A stretch of 60,622 nucleotides of DNA, the filler included, from Squatina squatina (Eukaryota), in NCBI GenBank assembly GCA_031763465.1. It is 4 parts of 4 records of this genome, joined end to end, with 100 filler letters (N's around TTAATTAATTAA, not from the genome) between each part and the next. Parts side by side here need not be neighbours in the genome. Positions count along the whole stretch, not along the records: positions 1 to 13,654 come from JARFOE010000039.1; positions 13,755 to 29,541 come from JARFOE010508817.1; 2 more parts are not named here. The stretch is one strand, 5' to 3'. Every line of letters starts with the position of its first letter. Position 1 is the first letter of the stretch. Made by a program: the position numbers and the translations under genes. The notes under the pieces are model-generated. The model was not told the origin of the DNA. It saw only the letters and a program-made list of their open reading frames with translations, and searched no databases. Below, piece after piece: positions 11,078 to 23,570 of the stretch.

Positions 11078-11908
11078 GTAAGCATGTGCAGCCTGCCTGT
11101 TCTAAAATACCATCTCCCTCCAGAACCACACATTCATACTTACAATTAATTTTGATTTTTAGAATAATAGTCAACATTAAACCACTTTCCACTGCCTAGT
11201 TATTTTTAAAAAGGTTACTTATCCTGTTCTGCATGTCCAGTCCAGCTGAGCAGTGTCGTGATTACGATATTCCACAACAGCCCCGAGTTGAACTCTAGTT
11301 TCTCTGCCTGATTTTGGGAGTTGTTTTGCATGTGATGAGGTTCCGATACAACTCGCCAACAGAACCTTGCAAGTAGAATTGACCAATGCCTCTAAACTGA
11401 AATGTAATAAGTACACAGTGCTGCACGGTGAATCCAAACCTGGATTAATTCCTCTGGTGCATGGAGGATCCACAGCACTGTGGAGAACTAAATTCGTCAG
11501 ATTCAATTCACCTTTGTCAAACCCATTTGTTTCCAGCTTGTCAGCTCTCCCAGTAAAGAAGCGTAATGGGGAGAATCCCTGTAACTGGGAGGTGATTGTA
11601 AAAATCAGTCACAAATGTGTGTAGCTGTTGGTTCGTTGATGAATATAGTGGGCTGGTGCTGAAGTCATAGGGCGTCCAATTCGGGGTTTTTTTTCTGGCG
11701 CTAAATGAGAGCTAAATCAGCGTCAAGTGCTTAATGCCGATTTATGGCGTTAAATTTAGCATCGGACAATTCGGGTCCCCAAAAAAATGGCGCTAAACGG
11801 GCGCAAACNNNNNNNNNNNNNNNNNNNNNNNNNNNNNNNNNNNNNNNNNNNNNNNNNNNNNNNNNNNNNNNNNNNNNNNNNNNNNNNNNNNNNNNNNNNN
11901 NNNNNNNN

Positions 11909-12090
11909 ATATCTTTGCTCCTCTAATTCTGGCCTGTTGAGCATCGCTGATTTTAATCGCTCCACCATTGGCGGCCATGCCTTCATCTGCCAAGGCCCTA
12001 AGCTCTGGAATTCCCTCCCTAAACCCCTCCTCCCCTCCTCCCCTCTTTCCTCCTTTTAAGATGCTCCTTTAAAACCTACGACTTTGACCA
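11909..12090 (+). mobile_element. L2 LINE 3' fragment
   Basis: ccaccattggcggccatgccttc...ggccctaagctctggaattccctccctaaacccctcc...tttaagatgctcct...aaaaccta is a typical L2 3' region. Confidence 0.65.
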
Positions 12091-12461
12091 GGGAGGGAGG
12101 GAGGGAGACTGCCTAAAGTGCCGTGCACCTCATTGGTGCAGACTTACTCTCTGGCGATTCTGATGTGCAGTAGTTAGATGAGCCATTTCCTCAGCTGCTT
12201 TGGGTTTTGTGCAAGAGCAGCAACACCAGCTGCGATGCTGTTCCTCTCCACCTTGGCAGAGGAAAGAGGTGCCTTGATGTAAAAAAAAAGTGCTTTTGAA
12301 TTGCATGTATTCTGAAATGGAATGCTGCACATTGTGAGGTAGATTGCCAATGTACAGCCATTTTATCCACTTTGGTGTCTGAATTCCATCAGATTGGAGA
12401 TTTAAAATTGATCTGGATAAATTGCTGTTTATTAACAGCAAACTGTCTTTATACCTCTTAG

Positions 12462-12551
12462 CATGCATCGTCAGACGTGGAAAGGATGATTCTGGGCAAC
12501 AAGTGTGATATGAATGAGAAAAGGCAGGTGTCAAAAGAGCGAGGAGAGAAG
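12462..12551 (+). CDS. RAB8B: Rab8B exon with the NKxD motif
   Basis: A 90-bp exon: [30 protein letters not shown]. The SSDVER and CDMN residues are RAB8B-type rather than RAB8A-type. Confidence 0.95.
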
Positions 12552-12663
12552 GTAAGGCTGCAAGGAATTGTGCACCTTTTATGTGAGCCCGAGTACTGTG
12601 GCTCAGGTACAAATTGGCCTTATTGACTTGATGCTTATAATCCTTATTGTTGCTTTTCCACAG

Positions 12664-12729
12664 TTAGCGATAGATTATGGGATAAAGTTCCTGGAGACCA
12701 GTGCAAAATCCAGCATAAATGTTGAAGAG
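12664..12729 (+). CDS. RAB8B: Rab8B exon with the ETSAK motif
   Basis: A 66-bp exon with ag/gt boundaries: LAIDYGIKFLETSAKSSINVEE. Confidence 0.95.
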
Positions 12730-13654
12730 GTAAGAAGCCTGGGGAAATGCTTTTGCTTGTTACACAATCTGAAGTGTAATTACATCATGACCAGTTTAAA
12801 TTTTAAATAAATAGGGACATTTATAATGAAAAATTAAGCGTGTACAGATTTTTAACATTCTAAGTATAGATTATTCTGTTAGCAGTGATAAATTTTTTTT
12901 TTTATGGAACAGTTTCTAACAAGCCTCCTGTAAATAAATCTTGAGCCCCCCACTACTCTGACAGCCGAGTATTTTACCACTAATCTGCCTCGTGCAGTGC
13001 TGTGACCTGAGGGCTAACAATTGTCCCAGTTGGATAAGAACTGGAACTTGCTGTAGAACTGTGGCTCACCGGAAACTGAGACGAAATCGGTAATAGTTCC
13101 GTAACAGTAAAAGCTGACCTGCATACGTCTCACTGTGGGTGCCTAGACCGGGGTAGTGGGGAAGAGGAAAGGCTATGAAAGGGGCTACGGATCAGGAACG
13201 TCATCAGATGGCTGTATTTTACATATTTGTTGACATAATTTCATCTTTCTGTTGCTCTGTAATAATGTTTTTCATAATTATACCACTGTTTCCCTTTGAG
13301 TAGCTGACTGTCTACCAGAGGTTAGGACAGGGTGTCCCTTGGGAATCTATCAGAGGGTCCTGCACAGGAGTTTCAGAGCCATTGGATTAATCATTGTGAA
13401 TGGTAAAATTAATTTGACAATGTTAAAGCAGTGCAATACTCAAATGTAGATGTGTTGATGCCCATTGTGGGTTAGGTAGTTCTTTCAGTTACCTCTCCAG
13501 TAGCTCAGAGAAAGTAGTTTAAAGTAAGTCCATAGGTGGATCATTTTGCCTCATTTGTCTTCTCTTAACTCTGTCGCATCGTGTAACTTCAAACACGATG
13601 CACCTAATCCTGGCTTTTGCATTGGAGAGCCTCCTTCTGACTTCATCTCGGAAC

Positions 13655-13754
13655 NNNNNNNNNNNNNNNNNNNNNNNNNNNNNNNNNNNNNNNNNNNNTT
13701 AATTAATTAANNNNNNNNNNNNNNNNNNNNNNNNNNNNNNNNNNNNNNNNNNNN
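13655..13754. other. Artificial scaffold-join linker
   Basis: 44 N + TTAATTAATTAA (stops in all six frames) + 44 N. Confidence 0.95.
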
Positions 13755-13829
13755 AGAGGGAAGGACAAAGGTCAGCATAATAGAGTGATTGTCTGGAAGG
13801 CAGAAGAGTTTCCAAACAATCGCAGGTGT

Positions 13830-15230
13830 TACTGGCAACATTACCATTAGTCTATTAGTCTGAAGACCTATTAGTCTGACATCAGTACTGGGGAAAATGC
13901 TGGAATCTATCATAAAGGATGTGATAACAGGACACTTAGAAAATAATAATATGATTGGGTAGAGTCAAGGTTGATTTATGAAAGGGAAATCATGGTTGAC
14001 AAACCTATTTGTGTTCTTTGTGGATGTAACCAGTAGAACTGATAGTGTATCTGGTGTTTTTGGATTTTCAGCGGGCTTTCGATAAGACGTGAAACAAGTG
14101 GTTGGTGAAAAAAGGTGGTGGACATGGAATTGGAGGTAATATATTGGCTTCGATTGAACATTGATGAACAGACAGAAAACAGAGTGTAGGAATAAATGGG
14201 TCTTTTTCAGGATGGCAGGCTGGTACTGCGATCGTTGCTTGAGCCCCAGATATTCACGGTCTATATCAATGATTTGGATGAGGGGACCAAATGTAACATT
14301 TCCAAGATTGCAGATGACACAAATCTGGGGGAGGAGGGGAGTGTGAGCTGTGAGCAGGATGCAAAGAATCTATCTGCAATGTGATTTAGACAAGCTGGGT
14401 GAGTGGGCCAATGCATGGCAGATGCAGTATAACCTGGATAAATGTGAGGTTATCCACTTAAGTTCGAAGAACAGAAACGCAGGTTATTATCTGAATGGTG
14501 ATAGATTGTGAAAGGCGGTGGTGCAACGAGACCTGGGTGTCCTTTTACACCAGTCGCTGAAAGCAAGCATTCAGGTGCAGCAAGCAGTTAGGAAGGCGAC
14601 TGCTATGTTGGCCTTCAGTGCAGAAGGATTTGAGTACAGGAGCAAGATTGTCTTCCTGCAGTTATTTCGGGCCTTGGTGAAACGAAATCTGGAGTATTGT
14701 GTGCAGTTTTCGTCTCCTTATCTGAGGAAGGATGTTCTTGCCATGGAGGGAGTGCAACAATGGTTTACTGGACTGATTCCTGGGATGGCAGGACTGACGG
14801 ATGAGGAGAGATTGGTCGATTAGGCATACACTCTCTAGAGTTTAGAAGAGTGACAGGGGATCTCATGGAAACCTATAAAATTCTAATAGGACTAGACAGC
14901 CTAGGTGCAGCCCCGATGGCTGGGGAGTCCAGAACCAGGGATCACAGTCTCAGGATATGGGATATATCATTCAGAACTGAGATGAGGAGAAATGTCTTCA
15001 CTGAGAGGGTGCTGAACCTGCGGAATTCTCCACCATAGAAGGCAGAGGAGGCTCAGTCTTCAAATATATTCAAGAAGGAGATAGATATATTTCTTGATAC
15101 TATCGAGATCAAGGGATATGGGGAGAAAGCAGGAACAGCGCACTGAATTTGGATGTTCAACCATGATCATATTGCATGGGGGAGCAAGCCCGAAGGGCCG
15201 AATGGCCTGCTCCTGCTCCCTTTTTCTATG
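13830..15230 (+). mobile_element. CR1 (HER1-type) LINE, 5'-truncated, RT to 3' end
   Basis: Decayed RT motifs (FTVYINDLDEGTKCNISKIADDT; LEYCVQFSSPYLRKD) and the 3' terminus gaagggccgaatggcctgctcctgctcc. Confidence 0.9.
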
Positions 15231-15859
15231 TCTCTCTCTCTCTCTCTCACACTCACTCTCTCAACTGGCCTGCCTCACCACGTTAGCTGTCTCTCTAACC
15301 AAATCGCTATTGACAGCTATTAACTGATCCGTGTCCTGTAGCCTTTGATGCAGTGCATGCCAGACTAAAATATAAAACCTTCCCCACAATAACTCTCGCA
15401 ATGTTTCCCACCTTGTTGGAATGGAAGCACACTGATCAAGAAGGATCTCTTGTTACACATTGCAGGAATATCTCCCCCACACCCACTGAGGCATTTACAT
15501 AGTTATATTCCAAGTGTTTATCAGGATAATTGAATCCCGTCACTATCATAATGCCAAGTCTCTTGCAATGTTCTTGCAAATTTGTTGCTCTCCATCCTTC
15601 TCACCACTGGTGTCCTACATGGACACCCGGCAGTGAAATAACTGCTCTATATTTCCTTAAATCTAATCTAATTGATGCTAACTTTGAATCCTCAAGTATA
15701 TTCTCCGTTTCATAGATTGATGCTGTCACAACACCAATCTTCATTTCCAACATTGGCTTTCCTGAATACATTAAAGCCTGGAGTATTACTTGTCCATTGG
15801 TCCCCTTGTTTCAACACAGTGTTCATTCCTGCTCTGCATCATAATTCCATGTGAGTACT

Positions 15860-16190
15860 TCTGCCTTCAAATCATGAGGCGTCTCTGCAGAGTAGACAGA
15901 GCGAAACTGTTCTCATTAGCGGAAGATTGGACAATGCGAGGAGACAAATTTAAGGGGATTGGCAAAAGAACCAAAGGCAGTACAATAAATACTTTTTTTA
16001 CGCAATGAGTGTTTGGGATCTGGAAGACGATGACTCAAGCTCATCATTCAAAAGGCTGTTTGATAAGTACCTGAAGGAAAAAAAATTCCAAGGCGACGGG
16101 AAAGCACGGGGGTAGTGGGATCAGCTGTAAACGAGCACTGTCTGTTCAGGCCATATTGCCTTCTGTGCTGTAACAAATTTATAATACTCT
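15860..16190 (+). mobile_element. CR1 LINE 3' fragment
   Basis: Peptide RVDRAKLFSLAEDWTMRGDKFKGIGKRTKG..NTFFTQ from the CR1 ORF2 C-terminus. Confidence 0.65.
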
Positions 16191-16999
16191 GAATTCTACC
16201 AACGTTAACCATCGAGCTCCAGGCATCAGGCACATGCACTCTTCACCCATCTTACTCTCCCTCGCATTTCACCCATCTGATTCCACTTCTGATCCACTCT
16301 TCATTCCGTTGCTGATGTCTCTCCCAGTCCTCTGTGCAAACTGTATCTCCTGTCTAATGCATCATCCTGGTGCCCTTCCCCCTTCCAGCTTCGTTTAAAC
16401 CGTCTCCCGCAAAACTCGCCAAGCTCCCCGCGAGGACATTGATCCCAGCACTGTGCATTCTCTCTGTCTTCTACAAATCCCTTCTGCCACAGAAATCTCA
16501 AGACGGAACAATGCCCTGGAATGATTAGATTGCACCTCCAGGTTTCCAAAGGAGTAAAGAAGCAACATTGCAAAGTGCTTGAGGCATAATCTTCCAACAC
16601 TCTCTTGATTCAGGAATTCTCCGCACAGAATGTCGATGTGAACTTCCAAACGCTTTCAGTAAGGTTCCTTTTGGCTAAAATTAATGCTAAGAAGCTGAAG
16701 GCAAATTATGGACCTGGTTCAGAGATTGATTATGCAGTGGAAGACAGAGAGTCTGGATAATGACTATGTACTGTGAGTGGAAGGAATCGACTAGTGCTTT
16801 CCACAGGTTCTCTGCTGGAATCACAGCTATTCACAATATTTATTATTGACATGGACAAAGCAGTGCAGAGCCATGTATCCAAGTTACGGGCACACAGGCA
16901 GAAGAGCTTTGCATGATCTCAGATTCCTGGAGGTGAGAGCTGGGGTGTCCGCCAGCAGTGCATTCACATGGCCAAGCCTAGACGTGCTAAAGGCAGGGG

Positions 17000-17530
17000 T
17001 GAGCGTTTCAGCACCAGATACGTTGAGGTAAGCACAGAGATGGGCGATATTAAGAAGAATGAAGTGCGCGATCTTTGTGATTGAAAGGAGATGTGGTCAG
17101 AAGCTCAATTCGTGTTCATTTATGACACCAATTTTGGGAACAGAATTGGTCAACTTTAGATATTGTCCAGGCAAAGAGATCGAATCGATGGAAAGGGAAG
17201 GAAGTGCATGGCGTGAAACAAAGTCATTGGCTTTGGTCTTCAAAATATTTAATCGGAGGAATTTTCTACTGATCCAGTGCTGGAAGGCAGACAAGCAGCC
17301 TGATAGTGCAAAGATGGTGGAGGGTTTGAGAGAGGCGGGTGAGAGTTAGACTAAGGAAATATCAGCGTACATGTGAAAACACACGTAGTGTTGTTGGAAG
17401 ATGTAACCGAGGGGAAGAAAGTTGATTAGAAATAGCAGGGTACCAGGAGTAGATCCTTGGGGGACATCAGAGTGGACAGTGTGGGATCAGGCAGAGAAGC
17501 CATTCGAGGTGATTTGATGGCCCACACCAT
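17000..17530 (-). mobile_element. L2-type LINE RT fragment
   Basis: Reverse strand carries a GVPQGSxLG-like segment (17440-17466), a HMYAD(D)-like motif and QHWISRKFLRLNILKTKA...GVINEHELSF. Confidence 0.7.
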
Positions 17531-17699
17531 GTGTGGTATGGAGCCCTATACACAGAGAGCAGGAAGATCCCAGTCTCCACGCTCCGCCTATGCCCAATGA
17601 ACTGCCCTCTTTCACATGGTTGGTATTGACACCCACAGAGGGGGCAGTAAGATCCAAACACCATGCCCGGACTGTGCCCAGTGAGCTGCCCTATCTCAC

Positions 17700-18830
17700 A
17701 TGGTAGGGTCCAGGTCCAGGTCCTGCTGGTGTGCAATCCATCCAGCTTGTACAGTTCCCACCTTCCCCAGAAGCGGTACCAATGTCTCAGGAATCTATAG
17801 CCCCCGCCCCCACACGACACCTCCTGCTCCATCTCTCCAGCCTCGCATCCATCTGGCCTATCCTCCTATTTCTGTGCTCACCAGCATGTGGCACTTGCAA
17901 AAACCGTAGATTACTAGATTTGATATCCTGCTTTTTTTCTCTTCCCTAGCTCCCTAGAATCTGCTTGCAGCACCCTATCTTTCCTCCTAACTATGTCATT
18001 GGTACCAATATTGACCACGACCTGTTCATGCTCCCCTTCCGAACTGTCCTGCAGCCGCTCAGTGGCATCCTTGACCCTGCCGCCAGGAAGTCGATATAAC
18101 ATCCTGGACTTGTTTCTGGCTGCACTCCCCTGAGGAACCATCTCCCTCACCAGTATCCAAAATGGACAACCGGTTAAAGAGCGAGATGGACTGAGGGGAC
18201 TCCTCCACTAGGTACCTGGATCTCTTAGTCTCTCTGGTGTTCACCCATTCCCTCTTTGCCTGCAATCTCTTAAGCTGCTGTGTGACCACCTCAATATAGG
18301 TCTTATTCACGAAGGTCTCTGCAGCGCGGATGCTGCAAATTGACTCCAGCGCTGAAATGTGGAGTTCAGTTTGCTGCAGCTGAGACACTTCCTGTCTTGG
18401 ACACGAGAAGCAACCACAAGTTCCCACATGTCACAGGACGCATATTCCACGTGGAAGAGCTGCCCTGCCATGCCTTAACTTTAAATTATCTACAGACTAT
18501 TAACTATTAATTATAAACTGTAAAATATTAACTATAAACGATTAACTTTGGACCAGAGACTAGGATGTATGCATATTCACCCAGCTATCCACAAATCAGC
18601 TCCTTCCACTGCACCAATGTTATTTTTATTTGGGAACTCACTTTTGGAACTCTGCTTGGGATCCGCTGCTTTTGTGTTCTTCGGCCCTGCACTACTCTGT
18701 ATTTGCTCTCCGCTGCTCCCTCTCGCACCTCACAGGCCCGCTGCCCCTCGCTCCTTGGGCCTGTGCTTCTCTTTATTTGCTCCCCGCTGCTGCCTCTCAC
18801 AGCTCACAGGTCTGCTGCCTCTCGCTTTCT
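17700..18830 (-). mobile_element. CR1 LINE 5' region with ORF1 (SGNH esterase-like domain), decayed
   Basis: Minus-strand peptides LPGGRVKDATERLQ...VVVNIGTNDI, ESPQSISLFNRLSILDT and GFRFLRHW..FWGRWELYKLDGLH-like text. Confidence 0.8.
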
Positions 18831-20910
18831 TACTTTTCTTCTGTCTTCATTCCTTTCTACTTAATTTCTTAATTTATTTCCATCTTCGTTGTTTTGTTCC
18901 TTTCTTTCCTTCTTTCTTTCATGCTTGCTTTCATTCCTACATTCCTTCTTCTGTTCTTCTGGTCTTTCTTTCTTGCTTGTGTTTTTTTCTGCCTTTGTCT
19001 CTTTCCTATTTTTCCTATTTTCCGTCCTTTCTTCCTCTCTGCTGCATTTTCCTTTTTATCTTTTGCTTGCCTTCACTCTTGCTTTTTCATTTTCTTTCTT
19101 TCCCTCTTTCCTTCCAGCATTTCCTTTCTTGCTTGCTTCATTCTTTCTTTCCTTCTTGATTTTTTCCTTCTTTCTTTCTTTTCGTCTATCTATCTTTTGT
19201 TTTTTTTCTCCATTCTTTCTTTCGTACGTTCTTGCTTTATTTCTATCCTTTCTCTTGTACAGTCTTTATTTTTGATATCTTGTTTTTTTTCCTTCCTTCT
19301 TTCCTTCATTATGTCTTTCCTTCTTTCTTCATTCCTTTCTTTCATTGTTGATTTTATTTTTCGTTACGCCTTTCATTCTTTCTTCCCTTCTATCTTTCTC
19401 TCTTTATACCCTTATTGTTTTTCTATTTTTTTCTTTCATTTTGTTCTTTCATGTTTTCGTTCTTAAATCCTATTGCTCTTGCTTTTCCTTCTTTCCTTTC
19501 TTTCTTTCATTCCATCATTCTTTCTTTTATTCTTGCTTTCTTCCTTTCTTGCTCTCCTTTCTTTCCTTCCTTCTTTCTTTCTTCCGATCTTCCTTTCTTG
19601 TTTTTCTCTTCCCTTCTTTCTAGCTTTGTTGCTTTTTTCCTGTTATTTCTTTCTCATTGCTATCTTTTATTCTTGCTTTTTCTTTATTTCCTTATTTCTC
19701 TCTTGTTTGCTAACTTTTTGTCATTATTACTTTCCTTCACCCCTCTTTCTATCTTTTCCTGTTTCCATTCATTTGTGTCGTACTTTTATTTTCTTTCTTC
19801 CTTCCTTTCAAATTTTAGCTTTTTTTCTTTCTATCCTTCTTTCATACTTGTCTTCTTTCCTTAACATTATTTTGTCTTCTCCTACTTTCTTGCATTTTCT
19901 TTCCATCCGTCATTCTTTCATTTCATCGTTTTCCTTTTATTTCCTTGTTTTGCTACTTCGATCTTTTGTGACTTTTTCTTTCTTACTTTCTTGCTTTTCT
20001 CTTTCCTTCCTTCTTTCTGACGTTCTGTCATATTTTCATTATGCCTTGTTTTACATTCTTTGCTTCATTTTTTTTATTCCTTCTTTCCTTCTTTTTCTGT
20101 TTTTTTTCTTACTTTTATCTTCCGTTCCTTCATTCTTTCATTCATTTTCCTTTTCTCTTTCTTTGCATCTTTCTTTTTGTTCTGTCGATCTTTCTTGAAT
20201 GTTTAATTTTTTGATTCCTTCTTGTTTGCTTTTGTTTCTGTTTATCTTTTTTCTCCCCTTCTTTCATTCTGTTTTCCTTCTTTCTGTCTTTCATCCTTAA
20301 TTTTATTTTCGTTTCTTACTAGTTTCAATCATTTTTCGTTCTTTCTTTCTTCTTGCCTTCCTGTCGTTCCGCCCTCTTTCATTTTTCTGTTCTTTGATTC
20401 CATCGTTCTTTCTTTCCCTCCTTCTATCTTTAATTCTATCATTCGTTCTTTCCTCCTTTCGTTCATTGTTTCTTTTTTTCATCTTTCATGCATGTTTTTT
20501 TTTCTCTCTGCCTTCCTTCTTTCTTGCTTTCTTTGTTTCATCCTTTCATTGTCTTTCTTGATTTCTTTCTTTCTATCTTTGTGGCTTTCTGGGGTTTTTT
20601 TTTCATTTCTTTCTTTCTTGCGTTTTTCCTTTTCACTCTCTTTAGTACTTTATTTTACTGGTTTTATTCTTTCTTTCTATCCTTCTTGCCTTCATGCTTC
20701 CATTTTATTATTTCTTGCTTACTTACTTTCTTTCTTTCCTTCTTTCTATCTTTTCTGCGTTTTTCTTTGTTTCTATTTCTTTTTATTTTTCTTCTTTCTT
20801 CCATTCCTCCAGCACATTCCTTTAATCTTCTGGTCTTCCATTCTTCCATGTTTTGCTTCCTACCTTCTTTCTTCTGTGTTTTCCTTTTCTCTGTCTTTCT
20901 TTCCTTCCTA
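18830..20910. repeat. About 2.1-kb degenerate (CTTT)n/(CTT)n polypyrimidine tract
   Basis: Almost purely C/T on the + strand. The long F/L/S-rich ORFs are compositional artefacts. Confidence 0.95.
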
Positions 20911-20929
20911 TGACACAGTTGTAACGATG

Positions 20930-23100
20930 GTTGACGTCCTTCAATTTATCTTGGGTTTACTCCCAGTTCCAGGTGGCAGTGAGTTATGAAATAGGAGGAT
21001 AATCAGATGATCGTCAAAGGAGAGATGGTGCAGGAGAGAGAGGGTTAGATTCCTTATACGTTGGTACAGTGTCTGGGGCAGTTGCAACGTGTCCATGCTG
21101 GATGTATTGCAACTTAACAGGACCTGTTTACATCCTCGCCAGTGTGGCGGGTTGAGGGGCGGTCGGAGGAGGCTTGCTAGTTTAATTGGGGAGGATTTAC
21201 ACTGGAATGGCAGGGTGATGGGGAACTGACAGTGGGTACAGAATGGAGAGAAACTGAGCTGGATCGAGAAGGCAAGAGTAAGAGCAAGGGAATTTGGAAG
21301 GCAGTGAAAACAAACAGCAGCTGCAGACAGAGTCAACCTACTGAGAAATGTAAAAAAGACAGAAATGAGGCACGTTATCTTAATGCACGCAGCATTCACA
21401 AAAAGATGGATGTATTGACTGTGCAAAGAGAATTCAATGGTTAAGATCTTGTAGCCATTACAGACACGGGGTTACAGGTTGATCAATGTTGGGAACTGAA
21501 TATTCCAGGTTTTTCGACAACTGGGAAGGATGGGCTGAAAGGAAAAGGAGATGGGATTGTTGTATTGATAAAGGTTGAGATCAGTAGAATAAGGAGAAAA
21601 GATCTTGGCTCTGTCCGTCAAGATGTTGAACCAGTTTGGGTGGAAATAAGAGACAACAAAAGGCAGAAACATTGGTGAGAGTAGTTTATAGGCCAGATAG
21701 CAGGAGGGCTAATGTAGGGTATATATCTGAATCAGGAAATGTTTCATCAGTGTAATAAGTGTAATACATGAATCAAATGGAATTTAACCTTCATGTAGAT
21801 TGGGCAAAGGAAATTAGCACCAATAGAGTAGAGGATGAATTCCTTGTATGTATCCGAGATGTTTTTTTCTGGATCATCACATTGAGGAACTAATGAGCGA
21901 ACAGTCTATTTTAGTTCTGGTATTGTTGAATGAGAAAAGGATGAATTAATAATTTTGTTGTAAAGAGGCCTTTAGCGAGGAGTGAGCGTAGTGCGATGCA
22001 ATTTTATGTTAACTTTGAAAGTGATAGAATTCAAAGCATAACTTGTCTCTTAAATCTAAACAATGCAAACGATGCAGGTATGCGGGGGGAGATGGCAAGG
22101 ATAGACTAGGAACTTCATTTAAAGGTATGATGGTAGACAAGCAATGGCTAGCATTTCAAGAATTAATAGAGCAAATATACATTCCTGTCAGGCTCAAAAA
22201 CCGACAATTGGCCAAAATGTTGGTAACAAGGTAAGATAACCATAGGTTTCGATCAAATGCAGAGGCTCAGAAAGTTGGCAAGTGAAGCATGAATCCTGGG
22301 GATTGGGAGAATTTTAGAATTAATCAAAGAAGGATGAAGAAATTGAAAAGAAGAGGGAAGTAAATTATGGGAGAAAATGAACAAGAAACATAAAAGAGGA
22401 CTGCGACAGCCTCTATAATTATTTAGAAACGAAAAGGCGAATTAAGACAAATGTGGGTCTCTTAGATGCAGAGAGATGAGAACTTATAATGTGGAATAAG
22501 GAAATGGCAGAAAATTAAACAAATATTTTGTTTCAGCCATCGCGGTAAAAGACATTGGAAAAACCTCCGAGAATATTTGAGAACCTAATGTCCAGGGAGA
22601 ATAATTAAGCTGGAACTAATTATTATCAGTAGATTTTAAAGCGACTCCTACAGATTAGAATGTAGAAAATATATAATTATTATTTAAGAACGGAGGGAGA
22701 GGGAAAACGGAGAAATGCAGAACTATTAGCCTGACATCAGCATTCAGCAAAATGCTAGAATATATTACGAAGCAATTATTGGTGATATGGAATGAAAAAT
22801 TAATAATAGTATGGGAGGAGTCAAGACGGGTTTATGAAAGAAGAATCATGTTTGACAAATCTGATGGAGATTTTTGAAGATGTGACTGGCGGGGAAGATA
22901 ATGTGGATCCAATCGATTTGGTTTAATTATGCTTTAAGAAGGCATTCGATAATATGCCGCACAAGAGGTTATTAAACACAATTAGGGCAAATGGGATTGG
23001 AGGAAATATACTGGCCTGGAGTGAGAATGTTTCAACGGGCAGAAAACGGAGAGTAGAAATAAACTTATCACTTTAAGCTGTGACTCGTGGGGACTCGCAA
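20930..23100 (+). mobile_element. CR1 LINE, end of ORF1 plus ORF2 (endonuclease and RT), heavily decayed
   Basis: YLNARSI..K endonuclease start (about 21375), AITDT, WVEI, YRP, and RT-region GFMK..SCLTNL.E.FE and KAFD motifs, with many stops. Confidence 0.85.
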
Positions 23101-23329
23101 TGATCAGTGCCTCAAACAGCATTCTCTTCCATCAAACAGGCCTACAAGACCCAGAGAGCGATGGATTAATCTCAGTGTTCGAGAATAAATCTAAGATCTC
23201 ATGTTAATTCCACTTTCCAAACGTTGACATCAATTTTGCCCTGTATTTTTTTTCACTCCTTTTAATTCTGTTTGTGCTTTCCCTTATAAACATTTCACTT
23301 AAGTTATTCATCAGGAGGCAGAAATGGAC

Positions 23330-23570
23330 AGTAGTGCATTATTGGAGGGTACCGGGATGAGGGACTTTAGAATGTCGGGGGAACGGGTCAAACTAGGGGT
23401 GTTCTCCATAGAGCAGATGTTGTGACAGATGTATTTTATATCATGAACGGTTTTGATAATGTAAATGAGCAGAAACATACTCCAGTGGCAAAAGATTCAT
23501 TCACCATGGTACACAGATTGAAGGCGATTGGCAGAAGAGTCCAGGCGACATTTGAAACAATGTATTTCGA
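23330..23570 (+). mobile_element. CR1 LINE 3' ORF2 fragment
   Basis: gtaccgggatgagggactt...aaactaggggtgttctccatagagcag...atcatgaacggttttgat...aaggcgattggcagaaga. Confidence 0.6.

Noticed and set aside
13699-13710. TTAATTAATTAA as a biological motif (for example a piggyBac TTAA site)
   Set aside because: It is centred in exactly 44+44 N three times, so it is an assembly linker.
18548-20989. Long hydrophobic ORFs resembling membrane proteins
   Set aside because: They come from the C/T-only tract, which lacks stop codons in several frames at once.
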